Positions 22,171 through 32,648 are shown, counted from the first letter of the stretch. The stretch is 64,000 nt of DNA from an uncultured Candidatus Actinomarina sp. (GCA_902510055.1 CABWZY010000003.1:15067-79066); one strand, 5' to 3'. Made by a program: numbers and translations. The notes: generated by a model not told the origin, from the sequence alone.

Positions 22171-23851
22171 CTTTTATGTTATATTCAAGTAAATCTTCGT
22201 CTGATAATTTAGCTGGCGCATTTGTTAACGGATCTAATCCCGATTGTGTTTTAGGAAATGGTATTACATCCCGAATAGATTCTGCATTCACCATTTCAGC
22301 TATTAATCTATCAATGCCTATTGCAAAACCTGCATGTTGTGGAGAACCATATGATAAAGCCTCAATAAACCAACCAAAACGTTCCTCTATTTCATTATCA
22401 GATAATCCCCATTTACTTAAAACAATAGTCTGCATATTTGGATCATTTATTCTTTGTGATCCTGAACCGAGTTCTACGCCGTTAAGAACAAGGTCATAAT
22501 GTAATGCAGTAGCATTTTCTGGGTTAATATTAAATTCCTTTGTATTTTTAGGTGCAGTAAATGGGTGATGAGAAGGTTGCAATTCACCATTTTCGTATTC
22601 AAAATATGGAAATTCATCTATCCAGACAAATTCATATTGATCTTTTTTTTCTTTTTCATAAAGCTTTCTTCGGAGTGTATCAAGAATAGAAGCTGTTTCT
22701 GTTGAATTGCCTGCTTGAAATATTACTGTACTATTGTTATATTTTTTTATTTTGTTTATCTCGTTGTCTTTTAATATATTTGTTAGGGGTCCGGATATTT
22801 CATTATCAGTGATTTTAAACCACCCTAAACCAGCGCTTCCTTCTTCTTTAACAAGCTTATCCAGATTATCTATTTCAGATCTAGTTAATAGTTTATCTAA
22901 GATAAAACCACGTACTGAGCCTTTATTGTTAATGCTATTTTTTATGAAAGAAATTTCAGTGTCTATAAATATGTCTGTTAAATCTGTAATTGTTTCAGTT
23001 ATTCTTAAATCAGGTTTATCAGTACCGTATAGCATTAATGACTCTTGATATGAAAGTTTTTTGAATGGAGTTTTTATCTGAATAGAATATACGGATTTAA
23101 GTAGATACTTCATAGTTTTTTCAATTAAATTTTGAACAGTTTGAGGATCGGCATTAGCTATTTCAATATCTAATTGTGTAAATTCAGGTTGTCTATCTTT
23201 TCTCGAATCCTCGTCGCGGTAGCATTTTGCTATTTGATAATAATTTTTAAGACCTGACAACATAAATAATTGCTTATACATTTGGGGAGACTGCGGTAAC
23301 GCGTAGAAATTACCTGGTGATTTTCTTGAAGGTACAACAAAATCTTTAGCACCTTCTGGTGTTGATTTGATTAATGTTGGTGTGTCAATTTCATCTATAC
23401 CAAGTTTGTTCATTGCTTCTCTAATACTTTTAAATGTTTTAGATCTAGCTAAAATATTATTTTTCATTTCATTTCTTCTTATGTCCAAATATCGATGTTT
23501 TAGTCTTATCTGCTCATCTACGTCAATACCATCATCGATTTGAAATGGAAGAACTTTACTCTGAGAGATAACATTTAAGGTTTCTAACTCTATCTCAATA
23601 TCTCCATATTCCTCATCTGAATTTATATTATCTTTTTGACGTTTAATAAGACTTCCTGATACTGATACATAATATTCATTTTTTATGCTTTCAAAATCAT
23701 CAGGTTTATCTGTTACGACTTGTACTTTAGAGTCGTGATCTCTCAATTCAAAAAAAAGTAATCCACCATGATGTCTAATGGTGTCTACCCAACCTCTTAT
23801 ATCATCTACTTCATCATTATTTTTTACATTACTTATATCTGATATATACAT
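22148..23851 (-). CDS. aspS: aspartate--tRNA ligase
   Basis: 567 aa. OB-fold N-domain, QSPQ motif, FAIGIDRL motif 3. Confidence 0.95.
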   Translation of the reverse strand: MYISDISNVKNNDEVDDIRGWVDTIRHHGGLLFFELRDHDSKVQVVTDKPDDFESIKNEYYVSVSGSLIKRQKDNINSDEEYGDIEIELETLNVISQSKVLPFQIDDGIDVDEQIRLKHRYLDIRRNEMKNNILARSKTFKSIREAMNKLGIDEIDTPTLIKSTPEGAKDFVVPSRKSPGNFYALPQSPQMYKQLFMLSGLKNYYQIAKCYRDEDSRKDRQPEFTQLDIEIANADPQTVQNLIEKTMKYLLKSVYSIQIKTPFKKLSYQESLMLYGTDKPDLRITETITDLTDIFIDTEISFIKNSINNKGSVRGFILDKLLTRSEIDNLDKLVKEEGSAGLGWFKITDNEISGPLTNILKDNEINKIKKYNNSTVIFQAGNSTETASILDTLRRKLYEKEKKDQYEFVWIDEFPYFEYENGELQPSHHPFTAPKNTKEFNINPENATALHYDLVLNGVELGSGSQRINDPNMQTIVLSKWGLSDNEIEERFGWFIEALSYGSPQHAGFAIGIDRLIAEMVNAESIRDVIPFPKTQSGLDPLTNAPAKLSDEDLLEYNIKVEWEEDE

Positions 23852-23853
23852 AT

Positions 23854-24804
23854 TTATTCTAAATCCATTATTCTATCAATACCGAATGCAACACCAAATC
23901 CATTTATTTCTTTGCCTCCAAGTAAACTAGACAGTCTATCATACTGACCACCGCCACCTAAAGCATCCTGGCTACCGGTGCTTTCATTGGGTACGATTTC
24001 AAAAGTAAAATCATTATAATAATCTAAACCTCTAACTAATAATGGATTTTCTTTATATGAGATTTTTGCATCAGAAATCATTTTAATTATTTTTTCATAG
24101 TTATCATTTGATTTGTCGGATCTATATTCAGATAACTTAGGCGCGTTTACTAATATTTCTGTATCGTTTTGGTTTTTAGAATCAAGAATCCTTAGTGGGT
24201 TACTTTCTAATCTTTTTAATGAGTCTTCAGATAAATTATCTTTGTAATCTTTTAGATACTTTACAAGGACTTGATTGTATTTAATCCTATCTTCACTATT
24301 ACCAATTGAATTAATTTCGAATGTAAAATTTGAATCTACAGGTATGCAGGACTCTAAGAAGTCGTTACTTAATTGTATAATTGAAAATACTTCATTTAAT
24401 GAGTCACTTTTGTAACCTAATGTTTCTGCGCCTACTTGATGAAATTCTCTATACCTACCTTTTTGCGGTCTTTCGTAGCGAAACATTTGATCTGAATAAT
24501 AATAATTTTTAGTTTTGGAATATTTCTTTTCAATATGATGTCTCACAATTCCTGCTGTTCCTTCTGGTCTTAATACTAAGTTTCTACCCTTTTTATCAGG
24601 AAATGTATACATTTGTTTAGTAACAATATCAGTATGTTCACCAACTGATCTTGTAAAAAGTTCTTCTTTTTCCAAAGTCGGTATTTTAATGTAATTAAAC
24701 TCATATTTTTTAGCTACGATATGAAAGGTATTAACAATTTCTAAATATCTTTTTGCCTCATCACCTTCGATAGCTCTTGTACCTCTAACACCATCAATCA
24801 TCAA
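23854..24804 (-). CDS. hisS: histidine--tRNA ligase, catalytic domain only (no anticodon-binding domain)
   Basis: 316 aa. Motif 1/2 (LRPEGTAGIVR) and motif 3 (GGGGQYDRL...GFGVAFGIDRI) present. The ORF stops right after motif 3, 2 nt before the aspS start. Confidence 0.85.
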   Translation of the reverse strand: MMIDGVRGTRAIEGDEAKRYLEIVNTFHIVAKKYEFNYIKIPTLEKEELFTRSVGEHTDIVTKQMYTFPDKKGRNLVLRPEGTAGIVRHHIEKKYSKTKNYYYSDQMFRYERPQKGRYREFHQVGAETLGYKSDSLNEVFSIIQLSNDFLESCIPVDSNFTFEINSIGNSEDRIKYNQVLVKYLKDYKDNLSEDSLKRLESNPLRILDSKNQNDTEILVNAPKLSEYRSDKSNDNYEKIIKMISDAKISYKENPLLVRGLDYYNDFTFEIVPNESTGSQDALGGGGQYDRLSSLLGGKEINGFGVAFGIDRIMDLE

Positions 24805-25420
24805 TAAATTCCTTTAAATAGTCATTATAGTTAAGAATATTAGAGACAGTGTCACTATCACCATGACCGGGGAAAACTTCCAAACCTTTATCAAATGATA
24901 AGAACACACTGTTGACTGAATCTTTCATTTCTTCATAACTACCACTAAACAAATCAGTTCTACCAATACCTTGAGAAAAGACAAAATCACCTGTAAAAAC
25001 TACTCCTACTTCGACGAATTCATATGATATGCTACCTTTTGTATGTCCAGGATTTTTATATACCTTTACGACATCATTATTAAACGAATCAATATTTAAT
25101 AATGGTCCTTTATACTCTTCAATTAATAGTTCTTCGTTAGTAAATTGACTAAGTTGTTCTTGAGGATTTCTCGCTAAAAATTCATCATCCATATTTAGAT
25201 AAATATTACCATCTACTTTAGGCGCCCCTAAAGCGTGGTCATAATGCCCGTGAGTTAATAAATAGCCACCAACGGATAAATTCCTATCTTTTATATATTC
25301 AATAGCTGGCTCTACATCCGGAGGTAAATCTATTACATAGCATATATCAATTTGCGGATCTGGTTGAACTACATAACAGTTGGAAGTAGTAAAGCTAGTG
25401 AAAGTTTCAATAGTGTTCAT
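24794..25420 (-). CDS. MBL-fold metallo-hydrolase (glyoxalase II-like)
   Basis: 208 aa. THGHYDH metal-binding motif. Same position as Mtb Rv2581c between relA and hisS. Confidence 0.7.
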   Translation of the reverse strand: MNTIETFTSFTTSNCYVVQPDPQIDICYVIDLPPDVEPAIEYIKDRNLSVGGYLLTHGHYDHALGAPKVDGNIYLNMDDEFLARNPQEQLSQFTNEELLIEEYKGPLLNIDSFNNDVVKVYKNPGHTKGSISYEFVEVGVVFTGDFVFSQGIGRTDLFSGSYEEMKDSVNSVFLSFDKGLEVFPGHGDSDTVSNILNYNDYLKEFIDD

Positions 25421-25423
25421 AGA

Positions 25424-27589
25424 TTAGTCTCCTTTACCTGGAAATACTCTTTTTGCATCAAACACGTTTTCAATATCTTTAGAATCAGCAATAATAGACT
25501 CTAGTTGTATGTTGTCACTTAACTCAATCTGAAAAAGTAAAGAAACGATTCTTTTACTGTTAGTTACTGATTTAGCAACAAGTATATTTCCACCATTATC
25601 AGAAATAGCGATTGTAGCGTCTCTTAATAGGTATGGTCTGTCTATAGCTTCAATCTCAACCCAGACAATTGAACCAGTGTGTGTATTAAGCCCCCAACTA
25701 ACATCTACAATACGTTCACCTTGAGAGTTATCTATATTAACGTTTAGACAATCAGATCGATGTATTGATATACCATTATTAATTGTTACAAAGCCAAGTA
25801 TGTCATCTCCAGGTACAGGAACACAGCATCTTGCCATTCTTACTTTTATATCGTCATACCCTTCAACTAAAACCAGTTGGGAACTACTGCTAGGTGTGGA
25901 TTCTGGAGATAAAATATCTTCTTCTGCTGAAATTTCTTCTGGAAAAACAAATTTTCTAATTCTATTACCTAAGTTATTAATTTTTAAATTGTTATTTCCC
26001 AAATTTAAATACAAAGTTTCATAATTAGGGTATTTATAGTCAGATAATAAATAATCTAGAATACTTTCTTTATTTGAAAAATTTAATATATCAGTATTTT
26101 CATCAAGCCAAGTATTTAAAAGTTGCTTGCCTCTTTGAATGTCCTCATCCTTCATTTGTTTTTGATGCCATTGCTTTATTTTTGACCTAGCACGTGTTGT
26201 TTTTACAAATCCTAACCAATCCCTGCTAGGTCCTTTATCCATATCTTTAGTTGTTAAGATTTCGACAGTATCACCAGTTTTTAATAAAGTACCTAAATTT
26301 ACTAGTTTTCCATTTATTTTTGCTCCAATAAGTTTTTCTCCTACTTGTGTATGTACTGCAAAAGCAAAATCTACTGGAGAAGCACCAGTAGGTAAAGTTA
26401 TTACATCTCCATTAGGGGTTAAGCAAAATATCTCTTGCTCATATAAGTCAAGTTTCATATGAGATAAAAATTCATTTGGTTCTGGGTATTCTTCAGAGAT
26501 ACTATTCAAATCATTCGTCCATTCTTGTAAATCATTTTTTGGTTTTTCTTTATATTTCCAGTGTGAAGCAACTCCAAATTCTGCTCTGTAATGCATATCA
26601 TGTGTCCTTATTTGAATCTCCATTCTTTGACCTTCTGTTGTTAAAACAGTCGTATGCAAACTTTGATATAGATTAAATTTTGGCATGGATATAAAGTCTT
26701 TAAATCTACCAAGAACAGGTTGAAAGTTAGCATGTATTAACCCAAGTATTGTATAACAATTTTTTACGTCGTCAGTAAGTATACGTATACCGACTAAGTC
26801 ATTTATTTCATTAAATGAAAGTCCACTATTTATAATTTTTTTATAAATTGAATAATTATGTTTAGGTCTACCTACTACTTCAGCTGATAAAGAGTTGTCT
26901 GTTAACAACTTTTGAATAATAGATATAGATTCATTAATGTTTTTATCTCTATTTGGAGCCGATTTAGAAATTAAATTGTTAATTTCTTCATTTTGATTTT
27001 TAAATAAAATATTAAAAGATACATCTTCTAAAGTGTGCTTTATATTTTGCAATCCTAATCTGTGAGCTAATGGAGCATAGACGTAGAGTGTCTCTTGAGC
27101 AATTTTTTCCTTTTTCCATTCATTAAGATAATCAATCGTCTCAATATTGTGTAATCTGTCAGCTAATTTTAAAATTAGTACTCTAATATCCTTCGACATA
27201 GCAATAACCATTTTTCTAATGGCATCAGCTTTAGCCTCTTCTTTTGAATTATAATTTATCTTATCTAATTTGGTTACACCATCAACGATGTCAGCAATTT
27301 CCTTACCGAATTCTTTTTTTAGTTGACTATAGGTAATATCTGTATCTTCAATTAAATCATGTAAAATTGCAGCAACAATCGATTCAATATCCATACTTAA
27401 ATTTGAAAGATATATTGCAACATGTAAAGGATGTGTAATATAAGGCTCACCTGAATGTCTTTTCTGATTATTATGCCCAGCTAAAGCTAAATCAAAAGCT
27501 TTCTTTAATAAAGCTATTTCATCTTTAGAGTAACCATTAATAAGTTTTTCAAATAGATTATCTACCTGTTTAATTGACGTATTACTCAT
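25424..27589 (-). CDS. relA: bifunctional (p)ppGpp synthetase/hydrolase RelA/SpoT
   Basis: 721 aa. HD domain (HDLIEDT), synthetase, TGS and ACT regions. Confidence 0.92.
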   Translation of the reverse strand: MSNTSIKQVDNLFEKLINGYSKDEIALLKKAFDLALAGHNNQKRHSGEPYITHPLHVAIYLSNLSMDIESIVAAILHDLIEDTDITYSQLKKEFGKEIADIVDGVTKLDKINYNSKEEAKADAIRKMVIAMSKDIRVLILKLADRLHNIETIDYLNEWKKEKIAQETLYVYAPLAHRLGLQNIKHTLEDVSFNILFKNQNEEINNLISKSAPNRDKNINESISIIQKLLTDNSLSAEVVGRPKHNYSIYKKIINSGLSFNEINDLVGIRILTDDVKNCYTILGLIHANFQPVLGRFKDFISMPKFNLYQSLHTTVLTTEGQRMEIQIRTHDMHYRAEFGVASHWKYKEKPKNDLQEWTNDLNSISEEYPEPNEFLSHMKLDLYEQEIFCLTPNGDVITLPTGASPVDFAFAVHTQVGEKLIGAKINGKLVNLGTLLKTGDTVEILTTKDMDKGPSRDWLGFVKTTRARSKIKQWHQKQMKDEDIQRGKQLLNTWLDENTDILNFSNKESILDYLLSDYKYPNYETLYLNLGNNNLKINNLGNRIRKFVFPEEISAEEDILSPESTPSSSSQLVLVEGYDDIKVRMARCCVPVPGDDILGFVTINNGISIHRSDCLNVNIDNSQGERIVDVSWGLNTHTGSIVWVEIEAIDRPYLLRDATIAISDNGGNILVAKSVTNSKRIVSLLFQIELSDNIQLESIIADSKDIENVFDAKRVFPGKGD

Positions 27590-27610
27590 AATTTAATGGT
27601 AGTAAGTTTT

Positions 27611-28516
27611 TTATCTTTTAATTATTTTTGATAAAAATGGGATAGTAACGAAAATTGAGCTATATGTTCCAGACAATATACCGATAAATAAAGGTAAAGC
27701 AAAATCGGTTAAGGCTCCAGATAAACCAAGATAATTACCAATAAATAAAATAGAAGCTATTGGAATAACAGAAGTAATAGATGTATTAATACTCCTCATT
27801 AATACTGCATTGAAAGTATTATTTAAAGTTTCAATATTAATATTATTTTGCTTATTAATTTTCTTAGAATCGTTAAGTTTATCAAAAAGGATAACAGTGT
27901 CGTATAAAGAATAACCTAATATTGTTAGCAAGGCGATTACAGTAGAAGGAGTTATCTCTAAATTTAGTAATAAATATACACTTAAACAAAGTAAGAGATC
28001 GTGTATAAGTGCAATTAAAGCAATTAGTGAAAATTTAAATTCATATCTATAGGTAATTAAAATTACTATAAAACTTAAGAATATAATTAAAGCTCTTAAA
28101 CCTTTTTCCGTAATTTCATCTCCAAATGTTGGTCCAACTCTTTGAAACTCAATATTTGCATCAGAAATATTAAATTTAGTTGATAAGTAAGTTAAAAACT
28201 CTGCTTCTTTATCGGATGTAGATTCTGTTGCTCTAAAAATTATTGAGGTTGAGTTATCAAAAGTTTGATACCTTGAAACTTCTAATATTTTACTATTCAT
28301 TACTTCATTTATATCATCTGTTGAGTATTCAGTTTCAAGTTGATATGTAGTACCGCCTGTAAAATCAACAGAGAGATTCAATTCAAGTATATTTGTAAAA
28401 GTTAAAACTAATACAGTTGAAAATAATATTATTTCAACAATGAATATTTTATAAAATATGTTACCGATTTTATAAAAATCTATTTTTGTATCACCTAGAA
28501 ATAGTTTTTTAAACAT
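27611..28516 (-). CDS. secF: protein translocase subunit SecF
   Basis: 301 aa polytopic membrane protein. secD-secF order. Confidence 0.85.
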   Translation of the reverse strand: MFKKLFLGDTKIDFYKIGNIFYKIFIVEIILFSTVLVLTFTNILELNLSVDFTGGTTYQLETEYSTDDINEVMNSKILEVSRYQTFDNSTSIIFRATESTSDKEAEFLTYLSTKFNISDANIEFQRVGPTFGDEITEKGLRALIIFLSFIVILITYRYEFKFSLIALIALIHDLLLCLSVYLLLNLEITPSTVIALLTILGYSLYDTVILFDKLNDSKKINKQNNINIETLNNTFNAVLMRSINTSITSVIPIASILFIGNYLGLSGALTDFALPLFIGILSGTYSSIFVTIPFLSKIIKR

Positions 28517-29954
28517 CTTGTAAATCCTTATTTGTTATTGGAAAACACATTCTTGGGTTCTTACTAAAATTAGAGATTAGAGGTACAGAGTTTCTTGTAT
28601 AAATTCTTGTAAATAGTAAATCAAATGTAGTTGCTAAGCCTAGTGCTAAGGCAAACCCTCTAATTGGTCCAATAGCAAGAATGTATAATAGAAAAGCTGC
28701 TGATATAGAAACAAAATCTGCAATCAATATAGTTTTCCATGCATCTTGAACTGCTTTGTTAGCCGCAAATTCAAACGACCTACCTATTTTAAGTTCATCT
28801 TTAAACTTTTCAAATGTAACAATATATGAATCTGCTGCTAAACCAATCGATACTATAGCTCCAGCTATACCAGCAAGAGTTAATGTATAGCCTTGGAATT
28901 TACCAAGTAAAGAAATAACAGAATAAAATAAAAAACCAAATGAAGAAAGACCAAAAATAGCAATTAAGCCAAGAAGTCTATAATAAAGAAGTAACAAAGT
29001 TGAAACTATAATTAATCCAAATACACCAGCTTGAAGACCTAAATTTAATGTATTTTCCCCTAAGGTAGCAGATACCTTTTGTATTGAGGATCTTTCAAAA
29101 GCAACTGGTAAGGCACCATATCTTAATATGACTGCTAAATTATTTGCAGACTCTCCTGCATCAGCATTACCCATAGATATAGCTGCTGTTCCACCTGTTA
29201 TGCCAACATTAGGATCTACGTCAAAAGCTATACCGGGCGCTGAGACAACCTCTCCATCAAGAACAATAGCAATTTTTCTTTGGTCACCTGATTTAGAAGC
29301 AAGTTCTTTAGTAAGGTTAGTAAATTTACTTTCTGCTTCAGAATTTAATTCTAAAGACACTATCCATTCATTATCTGGATAAACAGCAATTGCATCTGAA
29401 ATATCACTACCTGTCAAAGCAGCTGGTCCAAGTTCGTAGATAACTGGAAATCCACTATTAACGCCTAATAGATAAGAAATTGTTGAAGGGTTATCATCAA
29501 GGCTTACCCCAACTAAATCATCTACACCAGCAGGTACAGTTTTAATCGGATTATCAGGATCATCTGGGTTAGGACTATATTCAAATGCTGGTGAGTAACC
29601 AGTATTTAATGAAGAATCTAATACGGGTCTAAATGTTAATAAACCAGTAGTACCAAGTGCTTCAATTGCTTTGTTTTGATCAGTAACTCCTGGTAACTGT
29701 ACTAATACTGACCTATCACCACTTATTGAAATTTCAGGTTCCTGTACATCACCAAAAGCCTCTATACGTGTTCTCATAATCTCTACAGCTTTTATTAGAA
29801 GTTCTTCTTCTGTGCCTTCAGGAGCAGTTAGTATTACAGATATTCCTCCTTGTAGGTCTAGACCTAATTTTGGTTTTATATCGAAAGCTATTGTGTAGTA
29901 AAACAAACCAAATGCAACAAGTGGTAAAAGAAATATTTTAATTATATTTTTCAT
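28509..29954 (-). CDS. secD: protein translocase subunit SecD
   Basis: 481 aa. Large periplasmic loop plus six C-terminal TM helices. Confidence 0.9.
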   Translation of the reverse strand: MKNIIKIFLLPLVAFGLFYYTIAFDIKPKLGLDLQGGISVILTAPEGTEEELLIKAVEIMRTRIEAFGDVQEPEISISGDRSVLVQLPGVTDQNKAIEALGTTGLLTFRPVLDSSLNTGYSPAFEYSPNPDDPDNPIKTVPAGVDDLVGVSLDDNPSTISYLLGVNSGFPVIYELGPAALTGSDISDAIAVYPDNEWIVSLELNSEAESKFTNLTKELASKSGDQRKIAIVLDGEVVSAPGIAFDVDPNVGITGGTAAISMGNADAGESANNLAVILRYGALPVAFERSSIQKVSATLGENTLNLGLQAGVFGLIIVSTLLLLYYRLLGLIAIFGLSSFGFLFYSVISLLGKFQGYTLTLAGIAGAIVSIGLAADSYIVTFEKFKDELKIGRSFEFAANKAVQDAWKTILIADFVSISAAFLLYILAIGPIRGFALALGLATTFDLLFTRIYTRNSVPLISNFSKNPRMCFPITNKDLQDV

Positions 29955-30202
29955 GGTTTTTCTTGAATGTGGCTTTTATTAATTATGATTTCACCTTTTT
30001 TTAATACTAGTGTTAACTGTTCTTTATTTATTGTTGTTACTCGTCCATGGATTCCAGATTCAGTTACAACATTGTCACCTATTTGTATGTTGTCTATAAA
30101 TTCTCGATGTTTTTTGTTTCGTCTTCTTTGAGGAATATATAATAATGCATAAAAAAATATGAAAATCGTAATTAAAGGCAGCAATGTTATTAAATCATTC
30201 AT
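29951..30202 (-). CDS. yajC: preprotein translocase subunit YajC
   Basis: 83 aa, single TM. Upstream of secD. Confidence 0.8.
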   Translation of the reverse strand: MNDLITLLPLITIFIFFYALLYIPQRRRNKKHREFIDNIQIGDNVVTESGIHGRVTTINKEQLTLVLKKGEIIINKSHIQEKP

Positions 30203-31280
30203 GTTGATATCTCTTTTTAAATTGATTAAAACTTGATTCTAATATACTTCTCCTAGCTTCATCAAGGATAATCTCAGTTTGAATTAAGTTGTGTACTGTT
30301 AAATAAAGCCATGCAGATGTATTTTCATTATGTATTAAATGTCTTAAATAAGCTTTTGAAAAATTCTTGCATGTAAAACATGGGCAGTCTTTATTAATTG
30401 GATTAGGATCATTTTCATATCTTTTATTTTTAATGTTTATATAATCATTTCCATCAACTAACTTTCCATGCCTAGCTAGTCTTGCGGGCCAAACACAGTC
30501 AAATATATCAATACCTTCTTCTATTAAATCCACGATTCCATGAAGGTCACCCAATCCCATTACATATCTAGGTTTATTTTCAGGTAACAACTTAGTAGTA
30601 AAGTTAACAATATCTTTTCTTTCAGATCTTGTCTCCCCTATTGCCAGTCCACCTATTGCATAACCGTCATAATTTTGTTCAATCATATATTTTGCTGATA
30701 ACTCTCTTAAATCTTTATGTAAACCACCTTGCAATATGCCAAACAAAGATTGATTCCTATTACCATGTTTTTCTTTTGATTTTAATCCCCATGCTCTTGT
30801 AAGATTTATTGCAGCTAATTGTTTTTCTTTAGGGTCGTTTATATCGATCAGACAGTCAAATATCATTGCTATATCGCTTCCAAGTTTATTTTGAGTTTCT
30901 ATAGACATCTCTGGAGTCATCTCAAATGATGAACCATCATATACATTTTTAAAAATAACTCCATCATCGTTTATTTTTGTAGGTATCGACCAAGCTTGAA
31001 AACCACCAGAATCTGTAAGAATAACTTTGTCCCAATTCATAAATTTATGAATTCCACCTAAATCTTTAATTATGTCTGAACCAGGTCTTAAATGTAAATG
31101 ATATGTATTTGCTAACAATACATCTGTATTATTAAGAAACATATGAGGTGTTGACTTTATTGCGCCTCTTGTTGCAACCGGCATAAAGCTAGGTGTTTTA
31201 ATTATCTTATTATTAACAATAATCTCTGTTGCTCTAGCGTTTCCATCTTTTTCAATTATTTTTAATTTTAAGTTACTCAT
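30195..31280 (-). CDS. tgt: queuine tRNA-ribosyltransferase
   Basis: 361 aa. Zinc site CPCFTC...H, DSGGFQ motif. Confidence 0.9.
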   Translation of the reverse strand: MSNLKLKIIEKDGNARATEIIVNNKIIKTPSFMPVATRGAIKSTPHMFLNNTDVLLANTYHLHLRPGSDIIKDLGGIHKFMNWDKVILTDSGGFQAWSIPTKINDDGVIFKNVYDGSSFEMTPEMSIETQNKLGSDIAMIFDCLIDINDPKEKQLAAINLTRAWGLKSKEKHGNRNQSLFGILQGGLHKDLRELSAKYMIEQNYDGYAIGGLAIGETRSERKDIVNFTTKLLPENKPRYVMGLGDLHGIVDLIEEGIDIFDCVWPARLARHGKLVDGNDYINIKNKRYENDPNPINKDCPCFTCKNFSKAYLRHLIHNENTSAWLYLTVHNLIQTEIILDEARRSILESSFNQFKKRYQHE

Positions 31281-32275
31281 TTTATTTCAAATAATACAGC
31301 ATCGCCAAAACTTAAAAATTTAAGTTTAGATCTCTGAGCATATTTATATAATTCTTTCCATTTTTTTCCATATATTGTTAATACAATTGACAAAAGAGTG
31401 CTTCTAGGTGCATGAAAATTAGTTATTAACAAATCTACAACTTTAAATTTATAACCTGGTTTTATAAATAAACTTGTTTGTCCTTTGTAAACATTAGTGT
31501 TAGCTACTGTTTCTAATGTTCTCAATACAGTTGTACCAACTGATATAATCTTATAACCTTTATTTTTAAGTTTTAATAATTCTGAAAATTCTTTTTTTGA
31601 TACTGAGTAATTTTCTTCATGAATTTTATAATTTTCTAAATATTCTGTATCTATTGATTTAAAAGTCCCTAAACCAATATCTAAATTTATGTATTTTACG
31701 ATTACATCATTATTTTCTAGATGTGCAATCAACGGTTTATCAAAATGTAAGCCTGCTGTAGATGCAGCAACGGAAAATCCTTTATCCTCAAATTCGGTTT
31801 TATAATATTTATATTTTGATTCTTTGTCATTTATGTATGGAGGTAAAGGAGTTTTACCGAATTTTGAAATAATCAAATCAATACTTAAGTTTGATTCAAT
31901 TTCAAAACTAGAGTTATTTTTTTTAATTATTTTAAAATTTAATAATTCTGTTTCAATATAACTTCCAACGGTCTTTGTGCCCCTAAATTTAAGTAAACAC
32001 TCACAGATGTTTTCAGATATTTTTCTTAAAATAAATATTTCAACTTTTCCTTTAGTGTTTAATTTATTCGTTTTTATTCTTACATCTTGTAACTTACTTT
32101 TATTAAGAACTATTACAGATTTATTAGGCAACACAGTCAATAAATGTTTAAATTGAATTATTTTTTTTGTATTAGCTATTAACAATTTTGAATTTTCAGC
32201 TTTTTTATACCTGTCTTGGGCTATGTCATTTTTATTTAGTTTGTAGAATAATTCTTCAGTTAAAGTTTTTTTCAA
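31277..32275 (-). CDS. queA: S-adenosylmethionine:tRNA ribosyltransferase-isomerase
   Basis: 332 aa. queA-tgt-yajC-secDF order. VGTTVLRTLE block. Confidence 0.75.
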   Translation of the reverse strand: MKKTLTEELFYKLNKNDIAQDRYKKAENSKLLIANTKKIIQFKHLLTVLPNKSVIVLNKSKLQDVRIKTNKLNTKGKVEIFILRKISENICECLLKFRGTKTVGSYIETELLNFKIIKKNNSSFEIESNLSIDLIISKFGKTPLPPYINDKESKYKYYKTEFEDKGFSVAASTAGLHFDKPLIAHLENNDVIVKYINLDIGLGTFKSIDTEYLENYKIHEENYSVSKKEFSELLKLKNKGYKIISVGTTVLRTLETVANTNVYKGQTSLFIKPGYKFKVVDLLITNFHAPRSTLLSIVLTIYGKKWKELYKYAQRSKLKFLSFGDAVLFEIK

Positions 32276-32629
32276 TTATTTATTTAAAAGTTTAATAAAT
32301 AGTTCGTAAGACATAGAAATAACTTCTGGCATTCCGTCGTTTGTTCTTCTTTTGTTATCGCCTTTTCTTTTTAATTTTTTCCAAAATAAAACAGTGTTGA
32401 TATTACCAGATTTTTCGATTGCTTTATCTAAAGATTGATGAAGGTTTAAATTTTGTCTTGATTTAGCTTCTATAAAATACTCTTCATCTTTTGCAAATAA
32501 TTGTATATCACCTAAATCGTTCGAACCACCCTCAGCAAATCTTTGAGATCGTAAATTTACATTTTCATTTAAACGATTTACTATATTCGTTTCGTAATTT
32601 GTACCTTGTTTTTTTGCTTTGTTAACCAT
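32276..32629 (-). CDS. Hjc-like PD-(D/E)xK nuclease (putative archaeal-type Holliday junction resolvase) sitting where ruvC normally lies
   Basis: 117 aa. K7xG..E13...RS28..GGS36..D41-x12-E54-A-K56 lines up with Pyrococcus Hjc E9/D33/E46/K48, including the GSxxxD and IExK blocks. Lies immediately downstream of yebC. Confidence 0.6.
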   Translation of the reverse strand: MVNKAKKQGTNYETNIVNRLNENVNLRSQRFAEGGSNDLGDIQLFAKDEEYFIEAKSRQNLNLHQSLDKAIEKSGNINTVLFWKKLKRKGDNKRRTNDGMPEVISMSYELFIKLLNK

Positions 32630-32648
32630 TTTATAATTTTAACAATTT

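Noticed and set aside
22056-22499. Antisense ORFs inside alaS/aspS (22056..22499), plus similar ones at 16978..17319, 11003..11278, 14029..14310, 29128..29382 and 33680..33970
   Set aside because: They lie on the opposite strand of strongly supported conserved genes and show no family similarity.
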